Source: Acidobacteriota bacterium
GTDB taxonomy: Bacteria > Acidobacteriota > UBA4820 > DSQY01
Reading direction: 5' to 3'
Assembly (NCBI GenBank): GCA_049967655.1
Contig: JBMFSH010000003.1
Span: forward strand, 64,001-128,000
DNA length: 64,000 bases
The notes under the pieces were generated by a model. It was not told where the DNA came from and did not search any database. It was given only the letters and a program-made list of their open reading frames with translations. The position numbers were made by a program, and so were the translations under genes. Below, piece after piece: positions 48,599 through 58,302 of the stretch; the first letter of the stretch is position 1; each line of letters begins with the position of its first letter.

Positions 48599-49741
48599 AT
48601 GAGACTGCCCGGCGGCCGGATCTACCTGGACTGCAACGCCACAACTCCCATCGCCCCCGAGGCGCTCGCCGACCTCCAGGCCCGCCTGGGGGAGTGCTTC
48701 GCCAACCCCTCCAGCGGCTACCGGGAGGGCAGGGCGGCCCGGGAGGTGCTGGAGCGCGCTCGCGGCGAGGTGGCCGCCCTCGTGGGTTCCCTTCCCGGCG
48801 AGGTGGTTTTCACCGGCTCGGGGACCGAGGCCAACCACCTGGCTCTCCAGTCCGCCGTGGCCGGCCGGCCTGGGCGGCGGCGGGTTCTCATGTCGGCCAT
48901 CGAGCACCCGTCGGTCATCGGCCAGCGGGAGCGCCTCGAAGCCATGGGCGCCGAGGTGGAGGAGCTTCCGGTGGACCCCCTCGGCCGCCTGGACCTGCCG
49001 CGGATGGACTCGCTCATGGGTGAGGACGTGGCCGTGGTATCCCTGATGACGGTGCACAACGAGACGGGCGTCCTGCAACCCGTGGAGGCGGCCGGGGCCG
49101 CGTGCAGGAGGTGGGGGGCTCTCTTCCACACCGACGCGGTGCAGGCCATGGGCAAGGTGGCCTCCCCCTGGGGCTCGGCCGGGCCCGACTTCCTGAGCGT
49201 GGCGGCCCACAAGTTCTACGGGCCCAAGGGCGTGGCCGCCCTGGTCGTGCGGGAGGGCGCCCCCGTGCACCCGCTCCTGCTGGGGGGCGGCCAGGAGCGG
49301 GGGCGCAGAGCCTCCACGGAGGCGGTGGCTCTCGCTTCGGCCATGGGTGTCGCCGCGCGCCTGGCCCTGGACGGGCTCGGCGCGGCATCGGCCCTCGCCA
49401 CCCTCAGGGACCGCCTCGAAGCGAAGCTCGTGAGCCGATTCGGCGCCGTCCTCTTCGGGGACCGGGCCCCGCGGCTTCCCAACACGACCTTCTTCGCCGT
49501 TCCCGGAGTGGACGCGGCCGCGCTGGTGGATCGGCTGGACGCGGAAGGCTTCGCCCTCTCCACGGGCTCCGCCTGCCACAGCGGCCGGCGCGGCGCCCCG
49601 GCGGTCCTCGTGAGCATGGGGGTGGCGGACCTCGCGCCAGCGGGCGCCCTCAGGGTCAGCCTCGGGCGGGGGACGGCCCCTGAAGAGCTGGACGCCTTCC
49701 TGGAAGCACTGCCCCGCGCCATCGGGGCGGCGCGGGTGTGA
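48599..49741 (+). CDS. Cysteine desulfurase (group I NifS/IscS type)
   Basis: YLDCNATTP, NPSS, HTDAVQ, AHKFYGPKG, STGSAC. Confidence 0.93.
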   Translation: MRLPGGRIYLDCNATTPIAPEALADLQARLGECFANPSSGYREGRAAREVLERARGEVAALVGSLPGEVVFTGSGTEANHLALQSAVAGRPGRRRVLMSAIEHPSVIGQRERLEAMGAEVEELPVDPLGRLDLPRMDSLMGEDVAVVSLMTVHNETGVLQPVEAAGAACRRWGALFHTDAVQAMGKVASPWGSAGPDFLSVAAHKFYGPKGVAALVVREGAPVHPLLLGGGQERGRRASTEAVALASAMGVAARLALDGLGAASALATLRDRLEAKLVSRFGAVLFGDRAPRLPNTTFFAVPGVDAAALVDRLDAEGFALSTGSACHSGRRGAPAVLVSMGVADLAPAGALRVSLGRGTAPEELDAFLEALPRAIGAARV

Positions 49742-49745
49742 TAGC

Positions 49746-50045
49746 ATGGAATCCACGGGCGAGAAGAGCGAGCGCACCGAGCGGGTCTACGTCTTCGTCT
49801 GCAAGGGGGACAGCTGCTCGAAGCGGGGGAGCCCGGACCGGGTCCGGGTGGCCATCAAGCAGGTGCTCAGGGACTTTCCGGCCCAGAGCGTGAAGCTCTC
49901 CTTCGTGTCGTGCCTCTCCATGTGCGGCGAGGGCCCGAACGTCCTGATCTGCAAGGGCGGGACGGCCTTCCACCGGTGCTCCGGCCCGGAGGCCGGCGCG
50001 GTGGCCCAGGAGGTGAGGGAGATCCTTGAACGACCTGATCCGTGA
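49746..50045 (+). CDS. Thioredoxin-like [2Fe-2S] ferredoxin
   Basis: VCKGDSC ... CLSMCGEGP. Confidence 0.85.
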   Translation: MESTGEKSERTERVYVFVCKGDSCSKRGSPDRVRVAIKQVLRDFPAQSVKLSFVSCLSMCGEGPNVLICKGGTAFHRCSGPEAGAVAQEVREILERPDP

Positions 50046-51390
50046 TCCGCACGCCCTGAAGGTCCTGGAGAACCTGAGCGACGGGGTGATCGTCACGAAC
50101 CTCGAACGCAAGATTGTCTTCATCAACGAGCGGGCCCGGCGCCTGCTTGGCTACTCCGAGGGGGAGGCGGTCGAGAAGCGCTGCAAGACCGTCACCCGCA
50201 CCTCCGAATGCGAGTACAGCTGCCCGATGACGCAGGCCATGCAGCTCGATCGGGACCTGAAGGGCGTGGAGATGTGGTACCACACCAAGGCCGGCCAGCA
50301 GATCCGCTGCGTCACCAACGTGCTCCTGCTCAGGGACGAGGCCGGCAAGGTTGTGGGCGGCGTGGAGCTATTCACCGACATCACCCAGCTCTACCAGCTC
50401 CAGGAGAAGGCCGAGGAGCGCTTCTCCTTCTCCAACATCGTCGGCAAGAACAAGGCCATGCGTGAGATCTTCGAGCTGATCCAGATGGTGGCGGAGACCG
50501 ATTCCACCGTCATGATCACGGGAGAGAGCGGGACGGGCAAGGAGCTGGTGGCCAACGCCATCCACTACAACTCGCTCAGGAAGAACAGGGTCTTCGTCAA
50601 GGTCAACTGCGCCGCGCTCAACGAGGGGATCCTCGAAAGCGAGCTCTTCGGCCACGTGCGGGGCGCCTTCACGGGGGCCATCGCGGACAAGATGGGTCGG
50701 TTCGAGATGGCCCACGGAGGCACCATCTTCCTGGACGAGATCGCCGAGGTGCCACCGGCCACCCAGGTGAAGCTGCTGCGCGTATTGCAGGAGGGTCAGC
50801 TCGAGCGAGTGGGCTCCTCCAAGAGCGTGACCGTGGACGCCCGGGTCATCGCGGCCACCAACCGCGAGCTCGAGGCGGCGCTGGAGGACGGCACCTTTCG
50901 CCGGGACCTCTTCTACCGCCTCAACGTCTTCCGCATCCACCTGCCTCCCCTCAGGGAGCGCAAGGAGGACATCCCCCTGCTCGTGGACCACTTCCTGAAG
51001 AAGGTCGCCGCGAAGATGCCCTCCAAGCACATCGAGAGCATCGAGGCCGACGCCGTGGCGCGTCTGATCGACTACAAGTTCCCCGGCAACATCCGCGAGC
51101 TGGAGAACCTCATCGAGCACGCCGCGATCCGCAGCCGCGACGGCACCATCCGGCTCCGCGACCTGCCCCTCGCGACCCCCGTGGAGGAGGCCCCGAATCC
51201 CCAGTTTTTCCAGATCCACTCGCCCCTCGAAACCCTGGAGCGGGACCTCATCCTGAAGCTTCTGGAGGCCAACTCTTGGAAGATCAATCGCACGGCCCAG
51301 AGGCTTGGGATCAGCCGGGTCACGCTCTGGCGGAAAATGAAGGAGTACGGGATTCAGAAGGAGCAGGACGGGGCCGCGAAGGAGGGCTGA
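50026..51390 (+). CDS. PAS-domain sigma54-dependent Fis-family activator
   Basis: PAS, GESGTGKE, ESELFGHVRGAFTGA, FLDEI, C-terminal HTH. Confidence 0.95.
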   Translation: MNDLIRDPHALKVLENLSDGVIVTNLERKIVFINERARRLLGYSEGEAVEKRCKTVTRTSECEYSCPMTQAMQLDRDLKGVEMWYHTKAGQQIRCVTNVLLLRDEAGKVVGGVELFTDITQLYQLQEKAEERFSFSNIVGKNKAMREIFELIQMVAETDSTVMITGESGTGKELVANAIHYNSLRKNRVFVKVNCAALNEGILESELFGHVRGAFTGAIADKMGRFEMAHGGTIFLDEIAEVPPATQVKLLRVLQEGQLERVGSSKSVTVDARVIAATNRELEAALEDGTFRRDLFYRLNVFRIHLPPLRERKEDIPLLVDHFLKKVAAKMPSKHIESIEADAVARLIDYKFPGNIRELENLIEHAAIRSRDGTIRLRDLPLATPVEEAPNPQFFQIHSPLETLERDLILKLLEANSWKINRTAQRLGISRVTLWRKMKEYGIQKEQDGAAKEG

Positions 51391-51432
51391 GACCGCCCTA
51401 GCCCCCGGCCCACTGCCGCAGGAGTCACTACC

Positions 51433-51760
51433 ATGACCGACAGCCACCCCGTCCCTTCCATCGTCGGACGCAGCAACTCGGGCAAGGCCACGCTCATGGT
51501 CAAGCTCCTACCGTGGCTCATCGCGAGGGGATGGCGCGTGGGCGCGCCTAAGCACCACGTGCGCGGCTTCACCATGGACATTGAGGGCAAGGAGACCTGC
51601 CGCCCAGAGCCTTTGCCTGGCCGACCAGACGCTGGTAGCCTTGGTGACGGACCTTTCCGCCCAGCCGGCGGTGCCGGCCCTCGGAGGGGACGAGGTGGAG
51701 GCGCCGGGGTCCTGGAGCGAACGCCGGTTCCTGAAGGAGCCCGGGAAGGGGAGAGGCCGT
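51433..51760 (+). pseudogene. mobB: mobB remnant (internal deletion and frameshift)
   Basis: SIVGRSNSGKATL...KHH...DIEGKET (MobB N-terminus), then in another frame LCLADQTLVALVTD...RRFL (MobB-like C-terminus). Confidence 0.7.
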
Positions 51761-52463
51761 GACGAATTCTGGCTGTCCCCTGTGCGGGGGGCACGGGTAT
51801 CTGGTCGAGGAGATTGAGGGCCGGCTGGTGGCCAGGCCCTGCCAGTGCCGTGTGACGGAGCGGGCGGGGGAGAGGATGGCCGCCTCGGGCATCCCCGAGC
51901 GCTACCGCTTCAAGTACGTCTTTGAGCGCTACCGCCCCGAGCCCGGGACTGGCCAGGACGAGGCGCTCACCATCGCGCGAGGCTACGCTGAGAGCTTCCC
52001 CGCCGTGCCCGAGGAGAAGAACGGCCTGCTCTTCATCGGCCCCTGCGGGGTCGGCAAGACGCACCTGGCCGTGGCCATCCTCATGGAGGTGGTGATGCGC
52101 AAGGGCCTCCCGGCTCTCTTCGTGGACCTCAACGACCTCTACCGGGAGATCCGCAACACCTACAACAACCGTGAGACCGACACCACCGAGTACGACATCA
52201 TGGCTCCCCTGGTGGAGGCCCCGCTCCTGCTCATCGACGAGCTGGGCTGCCTCAACAGCCCGTGGGCCCAGGACACGCTCCACTACCTCATCAGCCAGCG
52301 CTACAACCGCCTCAAGCCCACCCTCTGCACCAGCAACTTCCCCGACGGCCCCGGCTCCGGAGTCTCCACCCTGGAGGAGCGCATCGGCACCCCCACCCGC
52401 TCCCGCCTCTACGAGATGTGCAGGGTCGTCGCCATGGACGGCAAGGACCGCCGGCGAGGATAG
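51759..52463 (+). CDS. DnaC/IstB-like AAA+ ATPase with an N-terminal Zn-binding motif
   Basis: CPLC...PCQC, GPCGVGKTHLA, LIDELG, RYN, TSN, SRLYEMC. Confidence 0.88.
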   Translation: MTNSGCPLCGGHGYLVEEIEGRLVARPCQCRVTERAGERMAASGIPERYRFKYVFERYRPEPGTGQDEALTIARGYAESFPAVPEEKNGLLFIGPCGVGKTHLAVAILMEVVMRKGLPALFVDLNDLYREIRNTYNNRETDTTEYDIMAPLVEAPLLLIDELGCLNSPWAQDTLHYLISQRYNRLKPTLCTSNFPDGPGSGVSTLEERIGTPTRSRLYEMCRVVAMDGKDRRRG

Positions 52464-52816
52464 CCGCCGGCCTCATCCTCCCGCGGAGTCCTCCGCCGAA
52501 GAGCGCGGAGCCAGCCGCCGCGCGGCGCCCCAGATAGAAGGGGACGGAGTAGAGGGAGAGGGAGCATTCCAGCACGGCCTCGCCGGGCGCCTCCCCGCCC
52601 GCGATCCGCGCGGGCGCCCCAGCGGGCGGGGCGCCGTTACCTCCTCGCCGTTCGTGCATCTCTTTATCCTGGCCACACCCCCTCCTGGTGCGGCCGGCCT
52701 GTTCCCTGCATCCCTCTTTCCTTCCCTATGCGCCGGGGGCCCAATGCCCCCGGTTTCCTTTTGTCCCCGCCCGCCGCCCCGGCGCCCGCACCCCGCGCCC
52801 GCCCGCCCCGCCAGCG

Positions 52817-52845
52817 TTGCACCCGCGCCGCCGAACGGGTATTCT
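52817..52845 (+). promoter_or_regulatory. sigma70 promoter for tRNA-Pro
   Basis: TTGCAC-N17-TATTCT, 8 bp before the tRNA. Confidence 0.7.
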
Positions 52846-52853
52846 GTTCGGGT

Positions 52854-52930
<77 letters not shown>

Positions 52931-53084
52931 GCCGCTCCCCCGGCGCTCGCCGGGGTCGCTCCCCAACAGGAAGGCTCCCAACCCCGTGGGGGCTCCGGAC
53001 CCCTCTCCGGCGCGATTGCAATTAAACTGCAAGTTCTCTTGTTCGAGGATGGAGTGCCGCTAAACTAGGGACAGTCACCTATTT

Positions 53085-53308
53085 CCTTCGCAGAACCCCG
53101 CCACACCTGCGGCGCGGCGGGAACTTACACGGCGACACTCACGGTGACGGACAGCGCATCCAAGACGGCCACCGCGACCGTCACCGTCACCGTTACCACC
53201 GCGGGCCTCACGGCTTCGGCCTCGGTCTCCCCGCTCTCGGGTGCCCCGCCCCTGGCGGTCAGCTTTACGGGATCGGCGACAGGGGGCACGGCCCCCGATA
53301 CCTACTCG
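53085..53308 (+). pseudogene. PKD-repeat gene fragment
   Basis: (QNP)...AGTYTATLTVTDSASKTATATVTVTV...SGAPPLAVSFTGSATGGTAPDTYS; no start, frameshifted. Confidence 0.7.
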
Positions 53309-53309
53309 C

Positions 53310-54250
53310 GCGAGGAGGGTGGCGCTGCCCACAGTGCGGAAGAGCTCCAAGTCCCAAAGGAGAATGGTCCCGTCCGCATAGCCGGTGGCTAGGTGACGCC
53401 TTACAGGGTCGGCTGCCATGGTGGTGATGGCCGACGTATGGCCCTGGGGTGAGGTGGTCACTTTTCCGGTTTCCATCGAGAACAAAGCTACGGTCCCATC
53501 CTCTCATGCCCAGGACGGCCAGTGTTTCATCCCAGAAGGTCAGACGCGTAGCAGCGAACCCCAAAGAGACGAGGGCCAGGGGTCGGTCGGGGTCGGCCGT
53601 GTCCACCAGGGGGAGACTGCTTCGGGGAGGCTCGTGGATGGTTTGCATTGGTACGCGCACCCATCGGATGCCGTAAGGGCCCTCAGTCTCGCCCCCGCGT
53701 GGTTGGGCCGCTGCGCCCTCGCCATGGATTAACCATTCGCCCGTATTGTGGCGGCTAGCCAGGAGAAAACGGCCATTGGGCAATAAGGCCAAGTCCAGGA
53801 ACTTCTCCTTCGCATTCGACCAAGCGTCGGGGCAGATGAAGGAGTGCTGATCGAAACGGCTCCCCTGGCGGATGTCGATGGCAGTAGGTTGGGCCACAGA
53901 CAGCAGGCGGCCGTCGGAGGAGAAAGCCATGGCTTCGACGGGAGGCAGAATGATGTCCTTCGAGGAAAGGGCCTCGGGAGGATCCACCGACCAGAGGTGC
54001 AGGCAGGCATGTCGTACCAACCCGCGTAGGTCAGGTGCCGCCCGCTGGGAGACACCGCAATCGAGCGCGTTCCGCACCGCCGCTGCTTCTCGTGGAGGCG
54101 GGCCTCCTCGCACCCCCGCCGTAGGTCCCAGACGAGCAGGTCGCGAAGAATCGGGCGGCCGTATTCCTCCTGCCACCCGGCGTACGCCAAGGCGGATGCC
54201 GAGGGAAAGAAGGCTGCGACCTACACGCTGCGGCAGGGCAGCGATTGGCG
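53310..54250 (-). pseudogene. WD40-repeat protein, frameshifted
   Basis: LLVWDL/SIAVSPSGRHL, AMAFSSDGRLL and GHTSAITTMAADP...LATGYADGTILLWDL are split across ORFs 53729-54190, 53265-54395 and 53075-53485 by two frameshifts. Confidence 0.7.
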
Positions 54251-54555
54251 AAAACACTCCCGCAAGGGGTGCGCTTGGAGGTTGGCGAAGTGGTCGTTCC
54301 CAACGGCCGCTCCTCCTTTTAACCAGGGTTCTCCGTCTTGCACCTGCGACTCCTCTCGGTGGGCGGATGCGAGGTCCCTGCCACCACTGTACCACCTTTG
54401 TGGAATGCCCTATTCACCACAGGGAAGTGCAGCCGGGCGCGGCGCAGCGGGCCGGCCGCCCTCCCCCCATGGTCTCCGCCCTCCCTTTCTCCTCCCCAGC
54501 ATCGAGAGAGCATTTCAGCAATAGACCTCAACCGCCCCGTGGAACCCGCGAAGCG

Positions 54556-55053
54556 TCACAGCTTCTGCTTGGCGAGGAAGAGGGCCTTGTCCACCTTGGA
54601 GAAGAAGTCCTGGTAGTAGGCGGCGTCCTCGACGCGCTTGACCTCCATGAGCTCGCCCTTGTTGTTGATGAGGCGCATCTGGAAGTTGGCCCTCACGCGC
54701 GCTGCGGAGCCGAAGTCGCTCACGTTGATGGAACATTCGAAGACGGAGTTCTTTTTGTAGCGCGCCTGGGAGCCCGCGAAGAAGACGGCCCAGAAGGCCT
54801 CGCCGTGGCTCTCCACGTCCACCTGCTTCTCGGCGGAGAGGAGGCCGAGGTCGAGGGAGCCCTGCTTGATGATGAAGCCGTCGTCCTGGAGGACGTTCAT
54901 CATGGCCTTCATGGCGAGCTTCATGTCGGTGTCCGGAAAGGTGCGGGTCTGGAATTCGCGGATTTGGAGCTGGCTCTGCACGGGCTTCTTGGCGGCGCAG
55001 GCGGCCAGGAGGATCAGGCCGCAGAGCAGGACGGCGACGGGCGCTCTCTTCAT
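54556..55053 (-). CDS. Conserved lipoprotein
   Basis: Lipobox LAAC; QLQIREFQTR, VLQDDGFII, YQDFFSKVDKALF. Confidence 0.8.
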   Translation of the reverse strand: MKRAPVAVLLCGLILLAACAAKKPVQSQLQIREFQTRTFPDTDMKLAMKAMMNVLQDDGFIIKQGSLDLGLLSAEKQVDVESHGEAFWAVFFAGSQARYKKNSVFECSINVSDFGSAARVRANFQMRLINNKGELMEVKRVEDAAYYQDFFSKVDKALFLAKQKL

Positions 55054-55064
55054 CTCTCCCTCCC

Positions 55065-55460
55065 TCAGAACTTGCTGGCGTGATAGGTGAACGACTCGAC
55101 GCGCTGGTCCGCGCCGAACTTGATGAGGACGGTCAGGGTCCGCTGGGTGGTCTGGCTGGACGAGGTGCTGTGCGAGGCGGAGAGGATCAGGATGGACGCC
55201 CCTCCCCCCGAGGAGGCGTAGGTGGCCTCCGTGCCGATCTTGTCGTAGATCCAGGTCTCCTTTCCGTCGCTGTCCCTCGTGACGATGTTGGGCGAGCCGA
55301 GGGCCTCGGCCACCTCCGCCTGGGACATGCCGGCCCGGATCTGCCTCTGCACTACGCCCACCGTGAGCTGCTGCTCCTTGGGCCCCTGCTGGACGGCGCA
55401 GGCCGCGAGAAGGAGCAGGAGCCCCGTCCCCGCCAGCGCGACGATACGAATCCTTCCCAT
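55065..55460 (-). CDS. BamE/SmpA-like lipoprotein
   Basis: Lipobox LAAC; GMSQAEVAEALGSP, ETWIY. Confidence 0.8.
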   Translation of the reverse strand: MGRIRIVALAGTGLLLLLAACAVQQGPKEQQLTVGVVQRQIRAGMSQAEVAEALGSPNIVTRDSDGKETWIYDKIGTEATYASSGGGASILILSASHSTSSSQTTQRTLTVLIKFGADQRVESFTYHASKF

Positions 55461-55586
55461 GTGTCACCTCCACGGGGGAACCTTAGCGCCAGGAAGTGCA
55501 TGGAATGTGCACTGGGAGGCAGGGAAGGTAGGCCCCGGAAGCGAGGGTACAGAGCCTCGCCCGCCCAGCGGGGAGAGGGGCTAACC

Positions 55587-56071
55587 CATGCCTGTCCAAA
55601 ATGGATCCCCGTGACGGCTTCGAAGCACGGCTGGGTCTGGGCCGCGCCTTTGGCGCGGCGCTGGGGGCCTGGTCCGGGCGCGTCCACGCCAGCGTGGCCG
55701 CGCTCCGGCCGCAGGCCCTCCACCGCCCTTCGGGCGCCAGCCCCAGCCTTGATCGGTGATTGCCGTCCCCCCATCCTCCACGGGTGCGCCGGCGGCGACG
55801 GACCTCCTGCTGCGTCAAGCTTCGGCGTCCGCATCCTCAGCGTACATTCAGTACGCTTGCGGTGCGGCCGCCTCGCTTTCCTGGCATGAGGCCCATCGGC
55901 GCCGGGACGCCGCTTTTCGCTTGCAGCGAAAAGCGAAGAGAGGGCGCCGGTCAAAGGGGTGCGGGGAAACGGGGAGCGCCCCCGCGCGACGCGCCGGAAT
56001 GCGCCTTCCTCCGCTCCGCTCCGGAAGGCAGACCGCACCAGTGCGAGCTGAAATTATTTTGGACAGCCATG
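55587..56071. mobile_element. MITE family A, copy 3 (485 bp, longest, no target duplication)
   Basis: CATGCCTGTCCAAAAT ... ATTTTGGACAGCCATG; contains internal blocks found separately in copies 1 and 2. Confidence 0.88.
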
Positions 56072-56179
56072 ATGATGGGTGATGGATGACGGGTGGCGAC
56101 CCGGCGCTGGCTCAATGGCGGGGGCCGATAGCCAATGATGAAGGCAGGGCGGCCGCGGGCGGCCACGCCGCCCGTGCGC

Positions 56180-57196
56180 TCAGATGCCGAGATAGCGGGC
56201 GTAGAGGGCTCGGGCGCGGGTCGGGTCGTCGGTCTTCTGGATGAGGGCCCGTCCGTCGGGATAGAGAGTGACCGGGTGCCCCTCCCACTCAGTCTGGATC
56301 AGGTAGGGGTTTTCGAAGATGGGTCCAGCCGCGGCGAGCCTGGCCTTTACGGCCGCCAAGTCCAGGCGGGTTCCCTTGGGAGCCAGGACGAGAATCCCGT
56401 CTCGGCCGCAGACCCGGTGGGTCCTGCTCACCCCCCGCTCCTCGAGGAAGTCGAATCGCCCTGCTCCGCAGCATGGGCAGGCGGGATCGCGCGGGACCTC
56501 GACCCGGCTGAAGGACCACGTCTGAAGGTCCACGGTCAGCAGACCTCCGACCACGAGGTCTTTACGCCCGGCGAGGAGCTTAAGGGCCTCGCCGGCCTGA
56601 AGGGAGCCCACGGCTCCCACGGCGGGTCCGATGACGCCCGCCGTATCGCAGGTGGGCGAGGAGCCGGCGGGGGGCGGCTCGGGAAAGCAGCACCGCAGAC
56701 AGCCCCGCTTCCCCGGTTCCACTACCAGCACGGAGCCATAGCAGGAGACCGCCCCGCCGTAGATCCAAGGCTTCCCCGACTTCACGGCGGCGTCGTTCAG
56801 CAGATAGCGGGTCTCGAAGTTGTCCGTACCGTCCACGACTAGATCGCACCGGGCGAAGAGGTCCGCGGCCAGCTCGGGGTCCAGGTCCGCGCTGTGGCCC
56901 TCCACCTGAAGGTCCCGCCGGGCTTCCAGGAGGTGGTTCCGGGCGGCCACGGCCTTGGGAAGGCGCCTCTCGCAGTCTTCCTCGGTGTACAGGAGCTGAC
57001 GGGGCAGATTGGAGAGCTCCACGAAATCTCGGTCCACCAACACCAGGGCACCGACGCCGGCCCTGGCCAGGAAGGCCGAAGAGACGCATCCGAGGGCGCC
57101 CAGTCCCACGATCCCCACGCGGGCTGAGGCGATGCGGGCTTGTCCCGCATCGCCAATCCACGGAAGGAGCCGCTGTCGGCTGAAGCGGTCGGTCAC
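56180..57196 (-). CDS. ThiF/MoeB-family adenylyltransferase
   Basis: RFSRQ, GLGALG, DRDFVELSNLPRQ, DGTDNF, CLRC, TCDTAG, CPCC. Confidence 0.92.
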   Translation of the reverse strand: MTDRFSRQRLLPWIGDAGQARIASARVGIVGLGALGCVSSAFLARAGVGALVLVDRDFVELSNLPRQLLYTEEDCERRLPKAVAARNHLLEARRDLQVEGHSADLDPELAADLFARCDLVVDGTDNFETRYLLNDAAVKSGKPWIYGGAVSCYGSVLVVEPGKRGCLRCCFPEPPPAGSSPTCDTAGVIGPAVGAVGSLQAGEALKLLAGRKDLVVGGLLTVDLQTWSFSRVEVPRDPACPCCGAGRFDFLEERGVSRTHRVCGRDGILVLAPKGTRLDLAAVKARLAAAGPIFENPYLIQTEWEGHPVTLYPDGRALIQKTDDPTRARALYARYLGI

Positions 57197-58302
57197 TGGG
57201 CGTACCTTCTCGATCGGACGTTGGCCGCCAGTCCCACGAAGAGGCTCATGCTGACCAGGAAGGAGCCGCCGTAGGAGAGGAATGGGAGAGGGATGCCCGT
57301 GGTGGGCACGAGGCCGATGACCATTCCGATGTTGATCAACACGTGGTACAGGATGACGGCGAAGGCGCAGAGGACGATGAACCGCCCCTCGGAATCCCGG
57401 GCTGCCGAGGCGGTGTTCAGGAACCTCAGCAGGAGCGAGAGGTAGAGCCCGAGGAGGGCCAGGGAGCCTAGAAATCCGGTCTCTTCGGCCACCACGCCGA
57501 AGATGAAATCGGTATGGGGCGCCGGAAGAAAATTGAGCCGGTTCTGTGTGCCCGAGTAGAGGCCCTTTCCCATCAGTTCGCCCGAGCCCACGGCGATGCG
57601 GGCCTGGTTCACCTGGTAGCCGGCCCCCCTCGTGTTTGCCGTGGGGTGGATGAAGGTGATGATGCGGTCCTTCTGGTAGGGCTTGAGGAAGGTGAACCAT
57701 CCCAGCGCCAACAGCAGCATGAGCGCCAGGATCCCGAGGGCGCACCATTTCACGATCTGGGTCAGGGGAAGGAAGCTGAGGTAGAGGGCTACCGCAACGA
57801 GGGGGATAAAGGTCGTGGCGGTCCCGAAGTCCGGCTGCAGGAGTGTCAGGAGCATGGGCAATCCGATGATCCCCGAGAGGATGCCGATCTCCCGCCATCC
57901 CATGGCCCTGCCCACGAGCTCCTTGATGAAGGCCGCTCCGGTGAGGGCCGCGGCGACCTTGGCGAACTCGGACGGCTCGAAACCGATGGGCCCGATGTAG
58001 AGCCAGGACTTGTGACCACCGACGTAATGTCCCAGCATGGGCATCGAGAGGAGCACCACGACGCAAAGACCGTACAGCAGGTAACTGTACTCCACCCAGA
58101 TGTCATAGGGGATCAAAAACGCCAGGGAAAACGCGCCGAAGGCGAGGCAGGCCCAGAACATCTGACGGTTGCCGAGATAGGCGAAGCGCGTTCCGAAGGT
58201 GGCCGAGCGCACCATCAGGGCTCCGAAGATGAGCAGGGCCAGGTAGAGCGCCGCGGTGACGAAGTCTCCGTAGAACAAGGCCTCCCGCAGCGTCTTCTTC
58301 AC
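57193..58302 (-). CDS. rodA: Rod shape-determining protein RodA
   Basis: EPSEFAK, QPDFGTA, PHTDFIF, GIPLPFLSYGGS. Confidence 0.95.
   Translation of the reverse strand: MKKTLREALFYGDFVTAALYLALLIFGALMVRSATFGTRFAYLGNRQMFWACLAFGAFSLAFLIPYDIWVEYSYLLYGLCVVVLLSMPMLGHYVGGHKSWLYIGPIGFEPSEFAKVAAALTGAAFIKELVGRAMGWREIGILSGIIGLPMLLTLLQPDFGTATTFIPLVAVALYLSFLPLTQIVKWCALGILALMLLLALGWFTFLKPYQKDRIITFIHPTANTRGAGYQVNQARIAVGSGELMGKGLYSGTQNRLNFLPAPHTDFIFGVVAEETGFLGSLALLGLYLSLLLRFLNTASAARDSEGRFIVLCAFAVILYHVLINIGMVIGLVPTTGIPLPFLSYGGSFLVSMSLFVGLAANVRSRRYAQ

Noticed and set aside
48390..50045. Selenoprotein read-through at TGA stops near selB
   Set aside because: The TGA codons fall at natural protein ends with the next gene immediately after, and the catalytic positions are already Cys.
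51759..52463. IS21 element (istB)
   Set aside because: No istA and no terminal repeats.
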